Shown piece after piece: positions 22,401-30,547 of a DNA stretch of 64,000 nt; position 1 is the first letter of the stretch, and every line of letters begins with the position of its first letter. This stretch comes from an uncultured Gemmatimonadales bacterium. GTDB taxonomy: Bacteria; Gemmatimonadota; Gemmatimonadetes; Longimicrobiales; RSA9. The notes beneath the pieces are model-generated. The model saw only the letters and a list, made by a program, of their open reading frames with translations, had not been told where the DNA came from and searched no databases. Location: NCBI GenBank assembly GCA_963783305.1, contig CAWAMW010000015.1:320001-384000 (forward strand), written 5' to 3'. The translations under genes were made by a program, and so were the position numbers.

Positions 22401-23214
22401 CGAGCGGGAGCTGCGAGCGCCCGCCGAGGAGATCGCGGACGTCCTGGCGGAGGCCAAGGGGACCGGTGTGGCTGGATCGATCCTGATCATCGACGACGAC
22501 CCGCAGGTCCACGAGCTCCTCCAGCGCGTGCTGTCGAACAGGGGATACCGGGTGGCGTCTGCCATGGACGGACCGTCGGGGCTGGCCCGAGCCCGGGAGG
22601 TGCTGCCGGACGCGGTGCTGCTCGATGTACTCATGCCGGGGATGGACGGCTGGGAGGTGCTCGCCGCCATGAAGGGCGAGGAGGCGCTGGCGGAGGTCCC
22701 CGTGATCATGGTCACCATGGTGGATGAGCGGAACCTCGGGTTCTCGCTCGGAGCCACCGACTACCTGACGAAGCCCGTGGACGCGGCCCGGCTCACCGCG
22801 GCGCTGAAGCGACACTGCCCGGCAGCGGGCGCACGGGTTCTGATCGTGGACGACGAGGAGGCGGACCGCGCCCGCCTTGCACGGCTCGTGAGGGAGGGGG
22901 GCTGGGAGCCCGCGCTGGCGGACAGTGGCCAGGCTGCCCTCGCCCTCATGGACTCGTTCCGCCCCCAGCTCATCCTGCTGGATCTCATGATGCCCGTCAT
23001 GGATGGGTTCGAGCTATCTTCCGCACTCCGTCAGAAGCGGGAGTGGCGGGACATACCCGTATTCGTCATCACGGCGAAGGACCTGACGCGGGAGGATAGA
23101 GCCCGCCTCAACGAGACCGTAACGAGCGTGTTCAGCAAGGACGAGATCGGTGCCCGGGCCATGGTGGAGGAGCTCCGGGCTCTGTTGCACCCGAACCCAA
23201 CTATTCCGGCATGA
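19435..23214 (+). CDS. Hybrid histidine kinase: 4 GAF (first shortened), PAS, HisKA, HATPase, 2 REC
   Basis: ATGA overlap; same GAF unit and H-box as the three upstream paralogs. Confidence 0.93.
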   Translation: MTGVVEPGLRRDAATEIVALRSALLRLSTRIAEAKSEDEVCRAVVEGLHLATFHFDAVGLYLAGTSTFDPQLRAAAGELKGDVDDRSQLRLPLRMDHSTIGELVVERASAQAFDQGDLEILAAAASQASIAIGRARLLNAERQRASEQRALLDTLSDLSGKLDLDRVLRAVLERAVPLLGVTGGELAVFDEAAGDLLVMASLNLGEDSTGKRMALGEGAMGRVAETHEPIIIPNYQKWIGRSGQYSQSVVQAVMVAPLLIEDRLVGAIASVHSDPQHEFGESDLRLLNLFASQAAIAIENARLYTGELKRAEEQRALLDTLRALSGELEVGRVLQAVLERAVRLLGVTGGELAIYDESAHDMVIAASKNMPVDSIDTRMNVGEGAMGHVAQTRDPLIIPRYQEWSGRSMKYADDQVQTVLAAPLLIGERLVGVIAIIDSSPSRTFGQEELRLIELFAPQAAVAIENARLFEAEHRRAEEQRALLETMRDMVADLALEPVLQAVLERAVSLLGVTGGELATYDDSRDDLLVVASHGMDHNAVGTRLALDTGVMGHVARSGEPLIVPDYQEWASRSATYEQSSVQAVLGIPLLVGTRLVGVIAAVHSDPARGFGQADVELLNLFAPQAAIAIENARLYEAAQRYYSALVSNNPVAVANLDLEFRIQSCNPAFLSLFGYADEEEVIGVHLDTLVAAEQTRSDAAEYTLKTLSGEVVRGEGERRRKDGSMVDVELYSIPVLVSGEAVGYIAMYHDVSELRQARREAESANQSKSQFLANMSHELRTPLNAIIGYSEMLLEEAEEEGQEHLGSDLRKISTAGKHLLALINNILDLSKIEAGKTELYLESFELPDLVQEVESTVAPLVAKSGNTLEVQVDEELGTMTGDVTKIRQILLNLLSNAAKFTDHGRILLSAGYDEDQVVLRVTDSGIGMTEEQMSGLFQAFKQAEASTTKKYGGTGLGLVISRRFARLMGGDITASSTPGSGTTFTVRLERELRAPAEEIADVLAEAKGTGVAGSILIIDDDPQVHELLQRVLSNRGYRVASAMDGPSGLARAREVLPDAVLLDVLMPGMDGWEVLAAMKGEEALAEVPVIMVTMVDERNLGFSLGATDYLTKPVDAARLTAALKRHCPAAGARVLIVDDEEADRARLARLVREGGWEPALADSGQAALALMDSFRPQLILLDLMMPVMDGFELSSALRQKREWRDIPVFVITAKDLTREDRARLNETVTSVFSKDEIGARAMVEELRALLHPNPTIPA

Positions 23215-23597
23215 GAAAGGACGTACACCAGGTGCTGAAGATTCTGCTGGTCGAGGACGATGAGATGAACCGGGACATGCTGTCCCGTCGTTTGATCAAG
23301 CGTGGCTACGAGGTGGAGATCGCCACGGACGGAGAGCAGGGCGTCGCGATGGCCCGGAACGGCGATCCGGACATCATCCTGATGGACATGAGCCTGCCCG
23401 TGATGGACGGCTGGACGGCGACGCGCACGCTGAAGGAGGACGCCGCCACCGCCGGGATCCCCATCATTGCCCTCACCGCCCACGCCATGTCGGGGGACGA
23501 GGACAAGGCGCGGCAGGCCGGCTGCGACGATTTCGACACGAAGCCCGTGGAGCTCCAGCGGCTGCTGGGCAAGATCGAGGGGCTGGTGAGCGCCTAG
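23211..23597 (+). CDS. Single-domain response regulator (DivK/CheY-like)
   Basis: ILLVEDD, ILMDMSLPVMDGW, IIALTAHAM, DTKPV; ATGA overlap. Confidence 0.93.
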   Translation: MRKDVHQVLKILLVEDDEMNRDMLSRRLIKRGYEVEIATDGEQGVAMARNGDPDIILMDMSLPVMDGWTATRTLKEDAATAGIPIIALTAHAMSGDEDKARQAGCDDFDTKPVELQRLLGKIEGLVSA

Positions 23598-23622
23598 CGC
23601 TCGCTCCGCTCTCGCGCCGCGG

Positions 23623-25587
23623 TCAGCCCGCGCCGACCCCCAGCTCGGCCGTGCCGGTACCGGCGCCGGTGCCGGCGCCGGCGCCGGTCAGTGAGTAGAC
23701 GCGCATCTGCCCCTGGCCGCGGATCTCCTTCACGCCCCGCGGCTCCGCCTCGTACCCGGGGCCGAGGGCACCGTGGACTACCGGCGTCACCAGGATCCCG
23801 CCCGCGGCCGACGCGGCCAGCGCTTCGGCGCCCTCCAGCGCCTCACCCCAGACCTCGAACCGCGGGCACGCATCGCCCACCACGCCCGCCACCAGCGCGC
23901 CGGCGTGCATCCCCAGCCCGATACCGTCCAGCCCGTCCCGCGCCGCCAGCGCAAAGTTCGCCGCGGCCTCCACAGACTGCTCCGGCTCGCCCGGGAACAC
24001 GACCAGGAATCCATCCGCGCGCCAGATCAGGCCCCCGGTCTCGTGCTCGGCGGCGGTCTCCTCGGCGAGACGCGCCAGGCGCTGGACCGCCTCGACCCGG
24101 TCCAGCCCATGGGCGCCGGAGGACGGTCGGGTTTCGGCGGTGTAGACCGCCCGGACCACGGTGACCGCGGCGTAGGCCTCGCGGATCCCCAGCGCGCCAT
24201 CCCGCACGCGATCCCGGACGAAGGGAGGGAACGAGCCGGCGATGAGCCGGTCGATGAGCGTCGCGTCGGAGTCCACCCGCCGGCGGTAGGCGCGCTCACG
24301 GCTGCGCAGGTCCCGCAGCTCCAGCGCCGCGGCGATCCGCGCTTCCAGGAGCGTGGGCTGGGCCGGCTTCGCGATGTAGTCGGTGGCGCCCATGTCGATG
24401 CAGCGCACGGCGCTGTCCAGCTCGTCCAGCGACGAAAGCATGATCACCGGCACATCCGCCAGCCGCTCGTCCGCCTGGAGCCGCGCGAGGGTCGCGACGC
24501 CGTCGAGAACGGGCATGATCACGTCCAGCAGGATGAGGTCGAACTCCTGCTCCTCCAGGCGCTCCAGCGCGCTCTGCCCATCCGGCGCCGTGGCGACGGT
24601 ATAGCCGAATCGCGCCAGCTGCCGGGAGATCAGGTCGCGATTGGTCTCGTTGTCGTCCACCACCAGGAGACGTCCCTGCCCCTCCGGGCCCGCCTCACCC
24701 GCTCCGACCGGCCGGATCTTCGCCAGCACCTCCTGCGTCATCGCGGAGCTCGCCATGTTGAGCCCCGTCCCCGCCCCCGTCCGGGTGGCCAGCCGTACGA
24801 TGTCGTCGCTCAGCTCCAGGAGCCGGCGGGCGGACGTGAGGATCCGCCCCAGGTCCTCCAGGAGGTCAACGCGGCCCGCCTCCTCGAACGACTCCTCCAG
24901 CATTTCCGCGTAGCCCACCACCGCGCTCACGGGCGTTCGCAGATCCAGCCGGACGCGGGCGGCGAACGCCTCCAGGTCGTCCAGCACGTCATCGCCCGGC
25001 CCCTCGGGTGACAGCACGGCGTCCACGCGCTCCAGCAGCTGCCGCCCGGCCCGGCGGATCCGCTCCAGGTCCGCCGCCAGCGCCGGGTCGTCCACGTCCT
25101 CCAGCAGCATCTCGGAGTATCCGATGATCCCGTTGATGGGCGTACGGAGCTCGTGGCGCATGTGGCCGAGTGTGGCCGCGCGGACCCGGTCGGGATCCGG
25201 CGCCGCGGCGTCCGCCTCCGCTACCGGCGCCGACCGGCGGCGGCGCCGCACCGGGGCGTCCGGGACCGGCGCCCCACGGGACCGTCCCAGCGCCGCCGCC
25301 AGACCGCCCGCTTCGTCCGTCCGCTCTTTCCGCGCCGTGCGCTCGAGTCCGCCGGTGGATAGGTCGAAGAACCAGGACAGTACCGCCACCACCGGAAACC
25401 CCAGGATGAGGAGTGTGGTGACCAGTCGCGGCGTCCAGTCGGGAAACAGCAGCGCCTCGAAGATGGCGCCCGACAGCTCGATGAGGAGCGCAGCCAGGAG
25501 CACGTAGGCGGCGACCGCCCCGAAAACCCGCCGGCGCTTCAGCTCGGCGAACGCGCGGATGATGGCCGGTCGACGCTGCGCGCCCAC
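23623..25587 (-). CDS. Membrane-anchored protein: two HisKA-like helical domains, REC, degenerate class III nucleotide cyclase domain
   Basis: N-terminal TM pair (ELKRRRVF...), [43 protein letters not shown] receiver, GMHAGALVAGVVG...FEVWGE cyclase-like tail. Start codon uncertain. Confidence 0.8.
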   Translation of the reverse strand: MGAQRRPAIIRAFAELKRRRVFGAVAAYVLLAALLIELSGAIFEALLFPDWTPRLVTTLLILGFPVVAVLSWFFDLSTGGLERTARKERTDEAGGLAAALGRSRGAPVPDAPVRRRRRSAPVAEADAAAPDPDRVRAATLGHMRHELRTPINGIIGYSEMLLEDVDDPALAADLERIRRAGRQLLERVDAVLSPEGPGDDVLDDLEAFAARVRLDLRTPVSAVVGYAEMLEESFEEAGRVDLLEDLGRILTSARRLLELSDDIVRLATRTGAGTGLNMASSAMTQEVLAKIRPVGAGEAGPEGQGRLLVVDDNETNRDLISRQLARFGYTVATAPDGQSALERLEEQEFDLILLDVIMPVLDGVATLARLQADERLADVPVIMLSSLDELDSAVRCIDMGATDYIAKPAQPTLLEARIAAALELRDLRSRERAYRRRVDSDATLIDRLIAGSFPPFVRDRVRDGALGIREAYAAVTVVRAVYTAETRPSSGAHGLDRVEAVQRLARLAEETAAEHETGGLIWRADGFLVVFPGEPEQSVEAAANFALAARDGLDGIGLGMHAGALVAGVVGDACPRFEVWGEALEGAEALAASAAGGILVTPVVHGALGPGYEAEPRGVKEIRGQGQMRVYSLTGAGAGTGAGTGTAELGVGAG

Positions 25588-25725
25588 GGGTGCCTTTCTC
25601 TGGAGGGGGAGGAGGGTGCGTGGGAAAGATGAGGACGGGGCCACCGGATAAGCAAGGCTGACGGGCGGGGGCGTCTGGGGCGTTCAGGCTGCCCCTCACG
25701 GTTGGGACGCTCGGGCTGCGCCCCC

Positions 25726-25756
25726 ACTGAGCGGCCGCCGGGGCCGGCCGCTCAGT
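25726..25756 (-). terminator. GC-rich hairpin at the rsgA 3' end
   Basis: ACTGAGCGGCCG...CGGCCGCTCAGT inverted repeat overlapping the stop; no U tract. Confidence 0.4.
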
Positions 25757-26816
25757 CCCGGTATTTCGGGTGGTACTTCACCGTCTTGAGCGCCGTCTTG
25801 TGCTTCGCCACAGCCGCGGCCTGCGCCAGGGGGTCGGAGCGCCGCTCCATGTAGTCGGCCTCCGCCCGCAGCTTGCGGAAGCTCGCCAGCCGGTCTTCTG
25901 CGAGCGCGCCCGACGCCGCCGCCGCGAGCACCGCGCACCCCGGCTCGGTCTCGTGACGGCAGTCGCCGAACCGGCATGCCGCGGCCAGCTCTTCGATCTC
26001 CGGGAAGGTGCGAGAGAGGCCGTCATCCAGCGCCCAGATCCGGAGCTCCCGCAGACCCGGCGTGTCCATGAGCAGAGCGCCGCCGGGGATCCGGAAGAGC
26101 TCCCGGCGTGTGGTCGTGTGCCGACCCCTCAGGTCCGACTCCCGCACCGCCGCCGTGGCCGCCAGCGCCTCGTCCGCCAGTGCGTTGATCAGCGTGGACT
26201 TCCCCGCCCCGGACATCCCCAGCAGCGCCACCGTGCGGCCCGGCCGGAGCCGGTCCCGGAGCGCGCGCACGCTCTCCGGCTGCTCGACGCTCACCACGTG
26301 CACCGTCACGCCCATGGCCACCGCCTCCACCTCCGACACCGCCTCGGCCACGCTCTCCGCCAGGTCGGCCTTCGTCAGCACGACCTCCGGCACCGCGCCG
26401 CTGTCCCACGCCTGCGCCAGGTACCGCTCCAGCCGGCGCGCGTTCGGGGGCGAGTCCAGGCCGTGAACGATCCAGACGACGTCCACGTTCGACGCCAGCA
26501 CCTGCTCCCCCGCACCCCCGCCTCTCGACCCTCGCGACACCGCCGACCGCCGCGGCAGCACGCCCATGATGGAGAGCGGGTCCGAGGGTGATGGCCCCGG
26601 CCGGACCGTGACCCAGTCGCCCGTCACCGGGTACGGCCCGGCGAACGAGGTGGTCGTGATTCGACCGATAGCGGCACCCTCCGCGACCTGCAGCGTCCAC
26701 CGGTCCCGGTCCTGGCCGGTCACCCGCGCCACCGCGCCAGGGAGCGACGACGCGACGGCGCCGAACGCCGCCTCCAGCTCAACCGCCCACCGCTCGTCCC
26801 AGCCCCATGCCTCCAT
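25752..26816 (-). CDS. rsgA: Ribosome small subunit-dependent GTPase A
   Basis: VTGDWV, LTKADL, GMSGAGKSTLIN, GRHTTT, DTPGLREL and zinc site CRFGDCRHETEPGC. Confidence 0.93.
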   Translation of the reverse strand: MEAWGWDERWAVELEAAFGAVASSLPGAVARVTGQDRDRWTLQVAEGAAIGRITTTSFAGPYPVTGDWVTVRPGPSPSDPLSIMGVLPRRSAVSRGSRGGGAGEQVLASNVDVVWIVHGLDSPPNARRLERYLAQAWDSGAVPEVVLTKADLAESVAEAVSEVEAVAMGVTVHVVSVEQPESVRALRDRLRPGRTVALLGMSGAGKSTLINALADEALAATAAVRESDLRGRHTTTRRELFRIPGGALLMDTPGLRELRIWALDDGLSRTFPEIEELAAACRFGDCRHETEPGCAVLAAAASGALAEDRLASFRKLRAEADYMERRSDPLAQAAAVAKHKTALKTVKYHPKYRD

Positions 26817-26820
26817 GACC

Positions 26821-27567
26821 TCATCCGTAGAGAAGGACGATCCCGATGACCGCCACGGTGTTCCAGGCCGCGTGCGCCACCATGGGCGCCACCAGCCGGC
26901 CGGTTCCCAGGAACAGCCCCACGTACGCGGCGCTCGGCACCAGGATGTCCGCCCAGGCCACCCACCCCACCGGCAGGTGGCCGAGAGCGAAGAATACGGT
27001 GGAGAACAGCCCGGCCACCAGCAGCGCGCCCCTGGAGCCGCCGATGATCCCGGCCAGGACCGTGATGATGAACCCGCGATTGTAGAGCTCCTCCGCGACG
27101 CCGCCGCCGAGCACGCCCAGCGGGAGGTACCACGCAACGTCGGCCCAGCTCCCGTCCACCATTGCGAGAATCGCCGCGATGTCCGGACGCGCGGCGCCAC
27201 CGGTGGCCGGGAAGAGCAGCCCGAACTGGACGATGGCCCAGGCGGCCGCCACGGCGAGCCCCAGCGCCGCGTCGCCGCGCCAACCCGCCGAGGTCACGCC
27301 AATGTCGCGGGGACGCATGCCGAGCATCCGGACGCCACCCAGCACCACCGCGCCCACGAGGATCAGCTGCACGACCCCCAGCACCGCCAGGTTCGCCCCG
27401 CCGTAGCCGCCGCCGTACCCCATCTGGAAGAAGATCGCGGGCGCCGCGAACATGGCGAAGCCAAGGATCGTGACCAGCAGGAAAGCCGCGACCCACCTCC
27501 CCCGGGAGACCGCCGGGCTGGGAAGGTGCGTGCGCGGCGTGGAGGGCGGAGTGGTCGTCGTCGTCAT
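26821..27567 (-). CDS. CPBP (CAAX/Abi) intramembrane metalloprotease
   Basis: EELYNRG, FALGH and AHAAWN motifs in a multi-TM protein. Confidence 0.9.
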   Translation of the reverse strand: MTTTTTPPSTPRTHLPSPAVSRGRWVAAFLLVTILGFAMFAAPAIFFQMGYGGGYGGANLAVLGVVQLILVGAVVLGGVRMLGMRPRDIGVTSAGWRGDAALGLAVAAAWAIVQFGLLFPATGGAARPDIAAILAMVDGSWADVAWYLPLGVLGGGVAEELYNRGFIITVLAGIIGGSRGALLVAGLFSTVFFALGHLPVGWVAWADILVPSAAYVGLFLGTGRLVAPMVAHAAWNTVAVIGIVLLYG

Positions 27568-27653
27568 GGGCCTCGATGGGGGCTGGCGGGGGTCCGGCTG
27601 GCGACTGCCGCCGGCTCGTCTACCCCGCCTACGGGCCCCGCGCCCGCCCAGAT

Positions 27654-27722
27654 TCAGTCCGAGGTCCCGGACCGGGCCTCCCGCACCGGGAACCAGATCT
27701 CGAACCCGCCCTCACCCGTCGA
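27654..27722 (-). pseudogene. 3' fragment of a GyrI-like/AraC effector-domain gene
   Basis: Manual translation STGEGGFEIWFPVREARSGTSD*, resembling the xTGxGGxEIWxPV C-terminus; no upstream gene body. Confidence 0.4.
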
Positions 27723-27879
27723 CCCCACAAGGGAATTCCGATCAGGAGCGTGCTGAACAGTGCATCCCCCACCTTCCCCTGCCGCACTTCACGCCTGGCG
27801 GAGCGCCGGCGCGCCGAGAACTCCCGGCCGTACGCACACCCATTCGCCGCACTGCTCCTCGTCTCTGCGCTGTCCGTGG

Positions 27880-28013
27880 GCTTTCCCCCGTGGACCGAGG
27901 ACGGCGCGGAGACGAGCACCATCGCCCGGTTCGTCCACCTCTGGCACGAGGAGGACGGACGCTGGCGGATCTCACGCGCGCTGAGCTTCGAGCACAGGTC
28001 GGTGCCGCGGTGA
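27880..28013 (+). pseudogene. 3' fragment of a DUF4440/NTF2-like gene
   Basis: TIARFVHLWHEEDGRWRISRALSFEH is a typical NTF2-like C-terminus; N-terminus absent. Confidence 0.5.
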
Positions 28014-28205
28014 CCCCCGGCCCCGGTTCCCGTTTTCCTTCGCATAGCGGGGTGAAATCCCCGGTGGCGAGTCCGAGCGCGCACGACCGTGGGATTCCCG
28101 CCGGATAACGCTGCAAAATCGCCGAGCGCGCTCCAGGGCGCCGACGCTGCTCGCGAGCAGCGCGCGAGCAGCGCGCGAGCGTGGAAGGAAACCGACGCCA
28201 GGAGC

Positions 28206-28293
28206 CTACCTGTCCGACCAGACCGCGAGCTCGTTCCCGCTCGGGTCCCGGAAGTAGAACCTCCGACCGCCAGGGAACGCGTACGGCTCCGCA
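28206..28293 (-). pseudogene. 3' fragment of a VOC/glyoxalase paralog
   Basis: EPYAFPGGRRFYFRDPSGNELAVWSDR*; about 90% DNA identity to 29921-30013 by manual alignment. Confidence 0.85.
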
Positions 28294-28474
28294 CGGCGCG
28301 GTCGGTGGCGGCGTCCTGGTCGATGTCGGCGTGCTGGCGGACGTGTCGAACTGTGCGTGCAGCGCGCCGAAATCGAACGTGGGCTCCGGCGGGGATCCAG
28401 TCGAAGCCGTCCCCAGAGTCGGCGTGAGCACCAGCCGCGTCTCGCTGCCGCAGTCCCCGGGTCCTTCCTGACGC

Positions 28475-29530
28475 TCATTCCGCTCCCCCTCCCCGGAGCC
28501 GACCCAGCGCCCGGCCGATCGAGGGCGGCAGGAGGAGGTCGTCGGCGATGGCGGCGATGCCCTCGGCATCGCGCCACGCGGCCTCCAGCTCTGCCAGCTC
28601 GCCCCGCACCGCCCGCAGCTCCGCCTCTTCGTGGAGCGCCATTTCCAGTGCGATCCGGTCGGGCTCGCTCAAGCGGAAGAGACCGCTGTCGTAGCGGCCG
28701 CTCCAGCTCGTCTTCGGCTTCGGTTTGCCGATCGATTGCAGGCGGACGGCCGTTGCGTCGGGGGCGTACACCCCCAGCTGCTCCAGGAACCCTTCGGCGC
28801 CCACCGCGTCCAGGAACCCCACGGCGGAACGGACGGCCGGCGACCGACCTCCGTAGCGGTTCACGTGAGGCATCAGGGCGCCCGCCACGCGCAGCGCCTC
28901 ACGGCCGTCCAGCCGGGCCGTGCCGCCGTGAAACGCGAGGTCCACGGCGAGCGGTCCGTCGGCGCCCGCCACCAGCCGCGTCTCGGCGAGGTTACGCCGC
29001 CGTACCGCCACGTCGCCGGCGCTCTCCGTGCGGAGCCGCGCCACCACGCGCTCCGCCCGTCCGTTCACGATCGTCTCCATCGCGCCCGCTGCCATCCCAC
29101 CGAACATCCCGACCGCCAGGCCGGCCATGGCGCCACCGGCGATCCCCAGGCCCAGGGCACCGATCCCGCCCCCGGCCAGCACCAGCCGCCGACGCCGGCG
29201 CCGGCCGAACTGGTCGCCATACCGCCACGCCGCGAACTCGGGGCGCAACGGGTCGCCGATCCGGACCAGGTCGGTGCCGTCCGCCGTGCGCGTAAGACCG
29301 ATGTGCTCCGTCGAGACCCGCTGCCTCGTGCCACGGAACAGCCGCTCCGCCTCCTCGACCGCCTCCCACCGCTCCTCCAGAGGCGTCAGGTTCCAGCGCT
29401 CGCACCGGCGGCACACGACCCAGAGGCGGCCCTTCCGCCCGTCGAACGCCAGGCGCCGCCCGACGGGGAAGTGCTCCAGCGCCTCGTTCCGGCCGAGGTC
29501 GGCATTGCAGAAGATGCAGGTCGAGTACAC
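28475..29530 (-). CDS. Conserved hypothetical protein with N-terminal Cys motifs and one TM segment
   Basis: CIFC...CRRC motifs, central glycine-rich TM; 351 aa ORF with coding bias. Confidence 0.75.
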   Translation of the reverse strand: MYSTCIFCNADLGRNEALEHFPVGRRLAFDGRKGRLWVVCRRCERWNLTPLEERWEAVEEAERLFRGTRQRVSTEHIGLTRTADGTDLVRIGDPLRPEFAAWRYGDQFGRRRRRRLVLAGGGIGALGLGIAGGAMAGLAVGMFGGMAAGAMETIVNGRAERVVARLRTESAGDVAVRRRNLAETRLVAGADGPLAVDLAFHGGTARLDGREALRVAGALMPHVNRYGGRSPAVRSAVGFLDAVGAEGFLEQLGVYAPDATAVRLQSIGKPKPKTSWSGRYDSGLFRLSEPDRIALEMALHEEAELRAVRGELAELEAAWRDAEGIAAIADDLLLPPSIGRALGRLRGGGAE

Positions 29531-29533
29531 GGT

Positions 29534-29868
29534 CTAAGTGCCCTCTCCGCTCACACTTCGGACCGCCCGGGGGATCCCGAACTGGACGATGGTGCCCGCG
29601 CACATCATGCACGGGCTGAGCGTCGTGTACATGGTCACACCGGCGTAGCGACCGCGGCGCCCGGCCGCCGGAGACAGTCCATCTCGCCGTGCGCGGTCGG
29701 ATCGCCGTCCTGGACCCGCCGATTGTGGCCGCGCGCGATCACCGCCCCGCCCTCCACCATCACGGCGCCGATGGGCAGACCGCCCTCCTCGTACGACTTC
29801 ACGGCCTGGTCGACGGCCATCCGCAGATACGCGGCGTCCGGACGGTCCCCGGCGACGATCTCGGTCAT
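29534..29868 (-). pseudogene. Nucleoside/cytosine deaminase, frameshifted and C-terminally truncated
   Basis: GHNRRVQDGDPTAHGEMDCL in one frame, YTTLSPCMMCAGTIVQFGIP in another (shift near 29669); ends shortly after GIPRAV. Confidence 0.85.
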
Positions 29869-29922
29869 CAGTTTCCTTTCCTCGAAGCGTCGCGCCGGTA
29901 CGGCACCGGCTCACGACTCCGC

Positions 29923-30285
29923 CTACCCGTCCGACCACACCGCGAGCTCGTTGCCGCCCGGGTCCCTGAAGTGGAACCTCCGCCCGCCAGGGAACGCGTA
30001 TGGCTCCCGCACGACCTCGCCGCCCGCCTCCCGGACCGCCGCGACGGTGCGCTCCAGGTCATCGGAGTACAGGATGACCAGCGGCCCGCCCGCCGCACCC
30101 TCCGCGCTCAGCCGCAGGCCACCGGCCTCGCCGCCGTCCTGCTTCCGGATCCCGGCGTACTCCGGCCCGTAGTCGTTGAACTGCCAGTCGAACGCGGCGG
30201 CATAGAAGCGCTTTGCCTCCTCGATGTCGCCGACTTCGAACTCGATGTAGTTGATCTCGTGGTGGTTGGGCTGATCGGCTGCCAC
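29923..30285 (-). CDS. VOC family (glyoxalase/bleomycin resistance) protein
   Basis: INYIEF...AKRFY...DYGPEY...FPGGRRFHFRDPGGNELAVWS; GTG start after GAGGGGGG. Confidence 0.9.
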   Translation of the reverse strand: MAADQPNHHEINYIEFEVGDIEEAKRFYAAAFDWQFNDYGPEYAGIRKQDGGEAGGLRLSAEGAAGGPLVILYSDDLERTVAAVREAGGEVVREPYAFPGGRRFHFRDPGGNELAVWSDG

Positions 30286-30547
30286 GGGCTCCCCCCCTCT
30301 GGAATGGGTAATCGACGCTGATATCGAAGTGCAGGACGTCCTCTGGCCGCTACTCGCGGAACTCCGCGATCTCTCGCAGATACCTCTGGGACTCTGTAAC
30401 GCCCATCCCGGCGCGTTCAGGGCCTCCGGACGGGTCACTTATTTCCGCGATCCGCTGTGCTGCTCGCCAGGTCCTACATTCCTCCTGGTTGGGCGAAGTC
30501 CGGGGGGCGCGTCGTACCGCTCGATCGCCTTGTGGCAGTCCATGGCA

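Noticed and set aside
10042..22815. Very long minus-strand ORFs (1122, 869, 548 and 1280 aa)
   Set aside because: Antisense shadows of the GC-rich kinase genes, with no recognisable motifs. The same applies to 610-1731, 1837-4110, 42397-44733, 47377-49212, 54561-56522 and 58010-59761.
30390..30425. CTGTAAC as a further attC core
   Set aside because: No paired arms or second core at a suitable distance.
30439..30545. DCHKAIERYDAP as a DNA adenine methylase fragment
   Set aside because: The similarity is too short and there is no DPPY motif.
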